A stretch of 64,000 bases of DNA from Nitrospirota bacterium (GTDB taxonomy: Bacteria > Nitrospirota > Thermodesulfovibrionia > Thermodesulfovibrionales > SM23-35): assembly GCA_013388435.1 (NCBI GenBank), contig JACAFE010000034.1:476-64475 (forward strand), written 5' to 3'. Both the position numbers and the translations under genes were made by a program. Of the stretch, positions 57,344 through 64,000 are shown one piece after another (within the stretch, counting starts at the first letter, position 1; every line of letters begins with the position of its first letter). The notes under the pieces were generated by a model. That model saw nothing but the letters and a program-made list of their open reading frames with translations. It did no database searches and was not told the DNA's origin.

Positions 57344-57853
57344 ATGAGTAAAGTTTTACTAATATTAATTTCCCTTTTGCTAATAAGCAGCCTTTTTCTT
57401 GCTTTTAAAACAGGAAAGGATAATATTGGGGATATCCGTACAAAAAGTTCTTCATCCATTGAAGATCTAAAAATAATACAGAAAAAAAATGGCAATACTC
57501 TATGGATGCTTACAGCAAAAAATGCGGATATTATAGAAAAAGAAAACATCGCAGAATTAAAAGATATAACACTTGTCCTGAGTCAGCAGGATGTTTCTAT
57601 TATTGCAAGTAAAGGCGTTTACGATTTTAAAGATAAGAGTTTTACTACAGATAAAGCGGTCAAAGCCGTGGGTAAGAACTATAAAATACTTGCGGATTCA
57701 ATTGAATATGAAATTAAATCAGGAGATATGAAAACAGATGGAGAAATCAGAGTCGAAGGCAAAGGCTTTAGCATCGAAGGTAAAGGTTTACAGACTGAAG
57801 CAAATCAAAAGGTCAGGGTCTTAAAAGATGTCAAAGCAACTTTTCAAAAATAG
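57344..57853 (+). CDS. lptC: LPS export protein LptC-like
   Basis: 169 aa with a single N-terminal TM anchor and a beta-jellyroll-sized body. It sits immediately upstream of lptA-lptB-rpoN. Confidence 0.65.
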   Translation: MSKVLLILISLLLISSLFLAFKTGKDNIGDIRTKSSSSIEDLKIIQKKNGNTLWMLTAKNADIIEKENIAELKDITLVLSQQDVSIIASKGVYDFKDKSFTTDKAVKAVGKNYKILADSIEYEIKSGDMKTDGEIRVEGKGFSIEGKGLQTEANQKVRVLKDVKATFQK

Positions 57854-58304
57854 TATTTTCGTTATTCTGCTTATTTTATTCGCAGCTGGAATAGGATATT
57901 CAGAGCAGGCAAAAAAAATAAAAGGGCCTATTGTAATAACATCCGAAAAACTTACGGCTGATAAAAAAACAAATACCGCACTTTTTGAACATTCTGTTAT
58001 TGCAAGAACTTCGAACATGACTATTTTTGCGGACAAAATGCTTGTTTATTCCGATAAAAATTCCGGAGACGTCAAACGTATAGATGCATCCGGGAATGTC
58101 AGATTAATCAAGGACACGAGAATTATAACTTCAAGAGAAGCCACCTATTTTGCTGATTCAGAAACCGTTATATTTACCGGAACTCCAAAAGCTGTTGAAG
58201 ACAATAATGTTATTTCAGGCGAAAAAATGACATATTTAATTAATGAAGACCGCTTTTTAATTGATAATAGTAAGGTTTTTCTACAAAATAAAGTTTCACC
58301 CTGA
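57828..58304 (+). CDS. lptA: LPS export periplasmic protein LptA (OstA_N fold)
   Basis: 158 aa with a signal peptide and ITSEKLTADKKTNTALFEHSV...ADKMLVY..., typical of LptA. Confidence 0.75.
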   Translation: MSKQLFKNSIFVILLILFAAGIGYSEQAKKIKGPIVITSEKLTADKKTNTALFEHSVIARTSNMTIFADKMLVYSDKNSGDVKRIDASGNVRLIKDTRIITSREATYFADSETVIFTGTPKAVEDNNVISGEKMTYLINEDRFLIDNSKVFLQNKVSP

Positions 58305-58313
58305 AGGAATATT

Positions 58314-59036
58314 ATGCATATTCTTAATGCCAAAGGGCTTTCAAAATTTTACGGGAAAAGAGAAGTTGTAAAAGGTCTCAATCTTTACTTAAGTTCCGGT
58401 GAAATAGTCGGGCTTCTCGGTCCAAATGGCGCGGGGAAAACAACCACCTTCTATATGATGGTAGGTCTTGTAAGACCCGATGGAGGCTCTATTTTTTTCG
58501 ACGATATAGATATAACTTTCCTGCCAATGTATAAAAGATCTATCATGGGAATCAGTTATCTTCCACAGGAGCCATCTATTTTTAGAAAATTAACTGTTGA
58601 AGAAAATATCAAAGCAGTTCTTGAAATAAGGGGATTGAATAGAAATGAAATAAATTCAGAGACAGAATATATTCTTAATGAATTCAATCTGATGTCTCTT
58701 GCACACAAAGAGGGATATAAACTTTCTGGCGGAGAAAGAAGAAAGACAGAGATTGCGAGAACTCTTGCTATTAAACCCGGCTTTATTCTATTTGATGAGC
58801 CCTTTGCAGGAATTGATCCTATTGCTATAATTGAATTAAAGAAGATGTTTAAACATCTCAAAACAAAAAATATAGGGATACTTATCACAGACCATAATGT
58901 TAGGGATACCCTTTCAATTACAGATAGAGCTTATATTATAAATAATGGAGAGATACTCGAAGAAGGAACGCCTGAACAACTTATAGTTAATCCAAGTGTC
59001 AGGCAAACTTTTCTTGGTGAGGAGTTTAGACTATAA
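58314..59036 (+). CDS. lptB: LPS export ABC ATPase LptB
   Basis: 240 aa with Walker A GPNGAGKTT, signature LSGGERRKTEIAR, and Walker B ILFDEPFAGIDP. Confidence 0.9.
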   Translation: MHILNAKGLSKFYGKREVVKGLNLYLSSGEIVGLLGPNGAGKTTTFYMMVGLVRPDGGSIFFDDIDITFLPMYKRSIMGISYLPQEPSIFRKLTVEENIKAVLEIRGLNRNEINSETEYILNEFNLMSLAHKEGYKLSGGERRKTEIARTLAIKPGFILFDEPFAGIDPIAIIELKKMFKHLKTKNIGILITDHNVRDTLSITDRAYIINNGEILEEGTPEQLIVNPSVRQTFLGEEFRL

Positions 59037-60478
59037 TGGCGCTCGAAAACAGACTTGAACTTAAATTATCCCAGAAACTCATATTAACTCCGCAATTGCA
59101 GCAGGCTATTAAACTGTTGCAGCTTCCTCATCTTGAACTCTCGGAATTCCTGTCACAGGAACTTCTCGAAAATCCATTTCTTGAAGAGAGTCTTGAAGAA
59201 ACATCTATTGAAGAACTCTCAAATGAAGAAAGAGATACAATCGAATATGAGAATGAAACAGAAGACTTAGATGCACCTCTTGAAAAATTGCTTAATTTTA
59301 CTTCAGAGGATTATTTTGAAGAGAGAAGTTCAGATGGTCGTGACATGGGTTACTTTAATCCGGGGACTGTTACAACACCTTCTTTTGAACAATTTATCTC
59401 AAAAAAACCTGACCTTTCTGAACATCTCATCTGGCAATTAAGACTTTCAAATGCACCTGAAAATATTAAAAGGGTAGCAGAAATAATTATCGGAGATATT
59501 GACGAAAATGGATATTTAACATCCACCCTTGAAGAAATACAAAATTCAGCAGAAACAGACATAGAAACCACTATGAAAGCTCTCAAATTAGTTCAGGGAT
59601 TTGATCCGCCAGGCGTGGCAGCAAGAAACATACAGGAATGCCTTCTTCTTCAACTCAAAAATTTGAACCTTACTGAAACAGTAGTCGAAAAAATTATTTT
59701 GCAGAACATGGAAGAACTTGAGAAGAAAAAATATTCTGTTATCGCACAGCAACATGGCGTGACTGTTGAAGATGTGATGGCAGCTGTTAAAATTATCGAA
59801 GGACTTGAACCAAAACCAGGCAGAACATTCTCGGATGTAAGTACAAATTACATAACTCCCGATGTCTTTATAATAAAAACAGAGGATGGTTATCAAATAA
59901 TTCTTAATGACGAAGGAATTCCAAAATTAAGAATAAGCAATTATTATCGCCAATTAATTATGCAGGAAAATGACCTCCCAAAAGAAGAAAGACAATTTTT
60001 GCTCGACAGAATGCGTTCAGCCACTGGATTGCTTAAGAGTTTAGATCAGCGAAACAGAACAATATACAGGGTCACAGAAATACTCCTTGAGTTACAAAAA
60101 GACTTTTTTGAAAAAGGTTCAGATTATATGAAACCTCTAACTTTAAGAGATGTTGCCGCAAACTTAAATTTGCACGAAAGTACAGTCAGCAGAGTTACTT
60201 CAAATAAATACTTATCCTGTCCGCATGGTGTTTTTCCTTTCAGATTCCTTTTTAGCAGCGCTTTACATAGCGGTACAGGCAGTGTTTCATCGACATCAGT
60301 AAAAAATAGCATTAAAAAATTTATCTCTGATGAAAACCCCAAAAAACCACACAGCGACCAAGAGATCTCTGAAATGCTCAAAAAAAGTGGTATAGTGATT
60401 GCAAGAAGAACAGTTGCCAAATACAGGGAAGAACTCGGGATTCCGCCACAAAGCCAAAGAAGGAAAAAAAATAATTAA
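59036..60478 (+). CDS. rpoN: RNA polymerase sigma-54 factor
   Basis: 480 aa with the N-terminal region I LKLSQKLILTPQLQQAIKLLQL and the C-terminal RpoN box ARRTVAKYRE. Confidence 0.95.
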   Translation: MALENRLELKLSQKLILTPQLQQAIKLLQLPHLELSEFLSQELLENPFLEESLEETSIEELSNEERDTIEYENETEDLDAPLEKLLNFTSEDYFEERSSDGRDMGYFNPGTVTTPSFEQFISKKPDLSEHLIWQLRLSNAPENIKRVAEIIIGDIDENGYLTSTLEEIQNSAETDIETTMKALKLVQGFDPPGVAARNIQECLLLQLKNLNLTETVVEKIILQNMEELEKKKYSVIAQQHGVTVEDVMAAVKIIEGLEPKPGRTFSDVSTNYITPDVFIIKTEDGYQIILNDEGIPKLRISNYYRQLIMQENDLPKEERQFLLDRMRSATGLLKSLDQRNRTIYRVTEILLELQKDFFEKGSDYMKPLTLRDVAANLNLHESTVSRVTSNKYLSCPHGVFPFRFLFSSALHSGTGSVSSTSVKNSIKKFISDENPKKPHSDQEISEMLKKSGIVIARRTVAKYREELGIPPQSQRRKKNN

Positions 60479-60492
60479 AAGGAGGAGGTTAT

Positions 60493-61014
60493 ATGAACAT
60501 TATAGTTAACGGAAGACATCTTGAAGTTACACCGGCATTAAGAAGTTATGTTGAAAAAAAGATTTCAAGGTTTGACAGATATTTGTCCAGTATATCGGAA
60601 GCTATTGTAACTTTACAGGTTGAGAAATATCGTCATAAAGCAGAGGTTTTATTGAAAGTAAACGGAATTCTTATTCAGGCAGAGGGGATTACAGGAGATG
60701 TTTATTCTTCTATAGACGAAGTTACAGAAAAACTTGACAGGCAGATCAAGAAATACAAAGAAAAGCTTGTATCCCACAGAAAATCCGAAGGCAAAGCAGA
60801 AACATCTGCTGAAGTAAAACCTCCTGCGGAAACAGGAAGGATTATAAAAAATAAACGTTTTGAGTTAAAGCCAATGAGCCCTGATGAAGCCGCAATGCAG
60901 ATGGAACTTCTTGACAAAGATTTCTTTGTTTTTACAAATGACAGCAACGGAGAAATAAACGTAATTTACAGGAGGAAAGACGGCAATTTCGGACTTATTG
61001 AGCCGGTTAAATAA
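60493..61014 (+). CDS. hpf: Ribosome hibernation promoting factor, long form
   Basis: 173 aa with the N-terminal S30AE domain (GRHLEVTPALRSYVEKKI) and a C-terminal dimerisation domain (KRFELKPMSPDEAAMQMELLDKDFFVF). Confidence 0.9.
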   Translation: MNIIVNGRHLEVTPALRSYVEKKISRFDRYLSSISEAIVTLQVEKYRHKAEVLLKVNGILIQAEGITGDVYSSIDEVTEKLDRQIKKYKEKLVSHRKSEGKAETSAEVKPPAETGRIIKNKRFELKPMSPDEAAMQMELLDKDFFVFTNDSNGEINVIYRRKDGNFGLIEPVK

Positions 61015-61019
61015 ATGAA

Positions 61020-61874
61020 TTGAAAAAGTTTCCTTTTATTGTTATAGTAACTGGGCTTTCGGGCTCTGGCAAGACCGTAGCGCTTAGAGCCCTTGAAGAT
61101 TCAGGTTTTTTCTGTGTTGATAATCTGCCGATTGCATTAATAGAGGCTTTTGTTACTGAAGTTTCCTCAAGCTCTGAAATACGCGACATAGGGATAGGTA
61201 TAGATATAAGGGAAAAAGGGTTTTTGACTGATGTTGAAAATGTTATAAAAGCCCTGAAAAACCAATTCAATACAGAAGTACTTTTTCTCGAAGCCGAGCA
61301 GGATGTTTTACTAAGACGTTTTAAAGAGACTCGAAGGCCGCATCCTTTGCAGGGAAATATTGAAGATGCCATAAAAATAGAAAAAGAAAGGCTTCTGGTC
61401 TTAAGAGAAATCGCTGATAGAATCATAGATACTTCTTCATTTACACCACATCAGCTAAGAAGATTAATTACATGCCAGTTTAATCTTGCCCAGGATAAAG
61501 ATTTTATGACAGTTGTGTTAATTTCTTTTGGATTCAAATTTGGTGCGCCCCAGAACCTTGACCTGCTTTTTGATGTGCGCTTCCTGCCGAACCCGCATTT
61601 TATTCCTGAATTAAAAAATTTAAAAGGAACTGACAAAAAAGTGGCTGATTTCGTGCTAAAAAATAATTTAGCAAATGTTTATATAAAAAAAATCAAAAAT
61701 CTTATAGATTTTTTGATTCCGAATTATATAAAAGAAGGGAAAACCTACCTTACAATAGGAATCGGCTGCACAGGCGGGAATCACCGCTCCCCTGCAATTG
61801 TAGAAAAACTTGCTAAAATCATTAAAAAACATCCTGTAAAATTAAATATTGTTCACCGAGACATAACTGTTTAA
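61020..61874 (+). CDS. rapZ: RNase adapter protein RapZ (YvcJ/YhbJ family P-loop protein)
   Basis: 284 aa with a TTG start. It has the P-loop TGLSGSGKT, then FCVDNLP, DVRFLPNPH and IGCTGGNHRS motifs. Confidence 0.9.
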   Translation: MKKFPFIVIVTGLSGSGKTVALRALEDSGFFCVDNLPIALIEAFVTEVSSSSEIRDIGIGIDIREKGFLTDVENVIKALKNQFNTEVLFLEAEQDVLLRRFKETRRPHPLQGNIEDAIKIEKERLLVLREIADRIIDTSSFTPHQLRRLITCQFNLAQDKDFMTVVLISFGFKFGAPQNLDLLFDVRFLPNPHFIPELKNLKGTDKKVADFVLKNNLANVYIKKIKNLIDFLIPNYIKEGKTYLTIGIGCTGGNHRSPAIVEKLAKIIKKHPVKLNIVHRDITV

Positions 61875-62114
61875 TCCAAAAAATGCATTTCACTAAAAAA
61901 TGCGTTGCCATGAATATTTCTATACATAATAAACATGATTCTATAATGCTGGCAATAATTCAATTTATGAAACAAAATCACGGGTCTTTTTATACTGAGG
62001 CTGAAGTCTAAGCGTAAGCCTCAGAGATAAAATATGCAATCACATCAAAATATAAAATAAAGCCATGTTCCCATATTAAGGTAGTTTATTTTGTTTCATA
62101 AATTGAGTTATTGC
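61871..62114. repeat. Composite intergenic repeat: terminal module plus inverted pair of the TTTCATAAATTGA module flanking a hairpin
   Basis: TTAATCCAAAAAATGCATTT (61871-61890). GCAATAATTCAATTTATGAAACAAAAT (61952-61978) is the reverse complement of ATTTTGTTTCATAAATTGAGTTATTGC (within 62082-62114). Between them lies the hairpin CTGAGGCT..AGCCTCAG (61995-62024). Confidence 0.85.
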
Positions 62115-62286
62115 CTGATATGCTATTTTTATAAATCCGAATAATGCTATATCGCCATAAAATTTAAGCATAAGCTATTTAGAATATAAATATTTATGCT
62201 ACAATATAATCAAAGATAATTTTAATTTGTATCTTATCAATCGTTATTTATAATCATTTTTTTGACAACTTTATATTGGGGAAAAG

Positions 62287-64000
62287 ATGCAGAAATGTCA
62301 TGATTTTTTAAATTGTAATAAAACTGATTGTCCTGCCTACAAATCCGAAATTATTACTTGCTGGCTTATTTCGGATACATATTGTCATAACAGTATCCAG
62401 AAGAATTCAATAGACAAGCTTGAAATATGCCCTGATTGTGAATTTTTCGAGTTTGCTGCAGATAAATCTGAAATTAATAAATTTCTAAAAGTTGTTAGCA
62501 GACAACTAAAGGATTTTAAAAATGAAATCAAACAAAGAGACCTGGAACTTGAAGATTTAGGTCTTGAATTATCTATAAGCCTTTCAGAAGTATTTGAAGC
62601 TCTTAAAAAGATTGCATCAGGAGACCCTGATGTTAATATTAATGAAGATTCTAAGATAGAGTTGATAGGCAAGCTCAAACATCTTGTGAATCTCACCGCT
62701 GCCGAGGTTGCAAAAGGAGTGGACCAGTGTCACGAATTTGCTATTTGTCTGGCAGAGTATTTTGATGTATTTCAAAAAGTAACCAGCGGAGACCTTACAG
62801 CCCGGGTCGACGGAGAATCAGAGACCGAATTACTTGAATCTCTAAAAAGAAAAATAAATAATACAATTGAAAGTATTTCGAGAGAAATAAATGTCCGTAA
62901 AAAAGCTGAAGAAGCCCTTCGGATTTCAGAAGAAAAATATAGAACAATTTTTGAAAACACTGGAACCCCGATTGTAATTCTTGAAGAAGATTTATCAATA
63001 TCCCTTTCAAATTCAGAATTTAAAAATTTTTCCGGAAGTAATAATAAAAATATCTCAGAAAAAATATCTCTACTTGATTTTGTAATGCAGGAAGATACTA
63101 ATAAAATAAAGAATTTTATAAATCAGACATTTTCCGGCTTTAATCTTAAGCAAAACACAACAGAGTTCAGGTTTATAAATAAAAATGGACAAGTAAAGGA
63201 TATTATTGCAGTTGCTTCAAATATTCCTGGCACAAAAAAAACCGTAGTTTCATTTCTTGAAATGACCGCGAGAAAGCAAATGGAAATGGAAGCAATAATA
63301 GAGATGAGTGCAGCCTTGCGTTCAGCTCCAGGAAGGTCAGATATGATGCCCATTGTTCTTGATCGTCTGATAAACATACTTAAAGGGGATGCAGCAGCAC
63401 TTGCATTAACAGTTCCTTTTAATAAAGAAATAGTATTTGAATTATCAAGAGGCATGTGGGGTGATTGGGCAGGAAAGAGTTTGCATTTTGGAGAAGGAAT
63501 TACAGGTTATGTGATAGAAACAGGACAGACATATCTTAGTAATAACTTAATATCTGATCCAAAGCTTTCATTAAACGAAAAAATAGGAGATATTCGCTCC
63601 GCTGCATGTGTTCCCTTAATAGCGCACGGACAGACAATTGGAGCAATCTGGATTGGCCGAAAATCAGGAATATACGAAAATGAAATCAGACTTATCACCG
63701 CAATTGGTGAAATCGCGGCGAATGCAATACATAGAGCCACCCTTTATGAACAGACAGAACAGAGATTTCAGAGACTTTCAGCTTTACACGGGATAGATAT
63801 GGCTATAACATCAAGCCTCGATCTCAGGGTTACCCTCAATGTGCTCTTAGACCATGTTACATCTCAGTTAAAAACCGATGCAGCAACCGTCTTGCTTTTC
63901 AATCCATATTCACAGACTCTTGAATATGCAGCAAGCAGAGGATTCAGGTCAAAGGCAATACAAGATACCAGATTAAGAATCGGAGAAGGACACGCAGGTC
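62287..64000 (+). CDS. Multidomain cytoplasmic sensor protein (Cys-rich N-terminal module, HAMP-like x2, PAS, GAF x2), 3'-partial
   Basis: Not in the ORF track because it has no stop inside the window. By hand translation it is open from ATG 62287 (after GGGGA) to the window edge: MQKCHDFLNCNKTDCPAYKSEIITCWLISDTYCHNSI...ICPDCEFF; ...VTSGDLTARVDGESETELLESLKRKIN (HAMP-like); EEKYRTIFENTGTPIVIL (PAS); GEGITGYVIETGQ...ACVPLIAHGQTIGAIWIG (GAF). Confidence 0.75.
   Translation, partial: MQKCHDFLNCNKTDCPAYKSEIITCWLISDTYCHNSIQKNSIDKLEICPDCEFFEFAADKSEINKFLKVVSRQLKDFKNEIKQRDLELEDLGLELSISLSEVFEALKKIASGDPDVNINEDSKIELIGKLKHLVNLTAAEVAKGVDQCHEFAICLAEYFDVFQKVTSGDLTARVDGESETELLESLKRKINNTIESISREINVRKKAEEALRISEEKYRTIFENTGTPIVILEEDLSISLSNSEFKNFSGSNNKNISEKISLLDFVMQEDTNKIKNFINQTFSGFNLKQNTTEFRFINKNGQVKDIIAVASNIPGTKKTVVSFLEMTARKQMEMEAIIEMSAALRSAPGRSDMMPIVLDRLINILKGDAAALALTVPFNKEIVFELSRGMWGDWAGKSLHFGEGITGYVIETGQTYLSNNLISDPKLSLNEKIGDIRSAACVPLIAHGQTIGAIWIGRKSGIYENEIRLITAIGEIAANAIHRATLYEQTEQRFQRLSALHGIDMAITSSLDLRVTLNVLLDHVTSQLKTDAATVLLFNPYSQTLEYAASRGFRSKAIQDTRLRIGEGHAG

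Noticed and set aside
61949-61966. Sigma-54 promoter-like CTGGCAATAATTCAA (rpoN is nearby)
   Set aside because: It lacks the GC element (TTGC) at the correct 5-nt spacing from the TGGCA. The match is half a site inside a repeat module.
62078-62101. Mini-ORF MKQNKL.. encoded on the minus strand of every TTTCATAAATTGA repeat module
   Set aside because: Only the first 5-6 codons are shared, because they lie inside the repeat. The continuations differ and stop after 7-18 codons, and no RBS is present. The conservation is at the DNA level.
1-64000. Search for prophage, integrative element or canonical defence island (integrase, transposase, RT, Cas, restriction-modification, TA pairs)
   Set aside because: None of the 58 ORFs shows the corresponding motifs. 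The single tRNA has no adjacent integrase or direct repeat of its 3' end. The window looks like core chromosome peppered with small non-autonomous repeats.

Overview
This is a 64 kb, AT-rich (about one-third G+C by eye, not computed), densely coding chromosomal segment. It comes from a diderm bacterium: lptC-lptA-lptB, a SurA-like PPIase, DegP and a beta-barrel OMP are all present. The gene content suggests an anaerobe, perhaps Nitrospirota/Thermodesulfovibrio-like or deltaproteobacterium-like, but that placement is only a guess. I call 58 protein genes (one is partial at the 3' edge), one tRNA-Val(GAC), two intrinsic terminators and a set of intergenic repeats. I saw no rRNA, CRISPR, transposase, integrase, reverse transcriptase or recognisable defence or toxin-antitoxin genes. 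Housekeeping blocks are fabG-acpP-fabF-rnc; nrdR; glyA-rpiB; metG-PSP1-holB-tmk; and lptCAB-rpoN-hpf-rapZ. The accessory content includes: (1) a 14 kb aryl-acid/amino-acid module (Liv-type ABC importer, OMP, three PaaK-type ligases each paired with a stand-alone ACT protein, and iorA and iorB on opposite strands); (2) a run of amidohydrolase and cell-wall-peptide genes; (3) c-di-GMP effectors (a MshEN-PilT ATPase and a pseudo-receiver-PilZ protein); (4) a copper module (Met/Gln-rich periplasmic protein plus CopA with TRASH and CPxH..CPxCGM N-terminal domains); and (5) several unusual fusions (M1 peptidase-ChaN-PDZ, SlyD-like FKBP-methyltransferase, Cys-rich HAMP-PAS-GAF sensor). The most unusual signal, not explained by any gene, is a family of mosaic intergenic elements bounded by inverted repeats. 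They fill at least eight intergenic gaps and carry expandable 8-9 nt tandem arrays. In one copy there is also a run of four non-homologous hairpins, each followed by GGAA(G/T)T. The second candidate is a bacterial eRF1/Pelota-like protein in which GGQ is replaced by GGW and a zinc ribbon is inserted. All functional calls come from motif recognition by eye. No database search was run.
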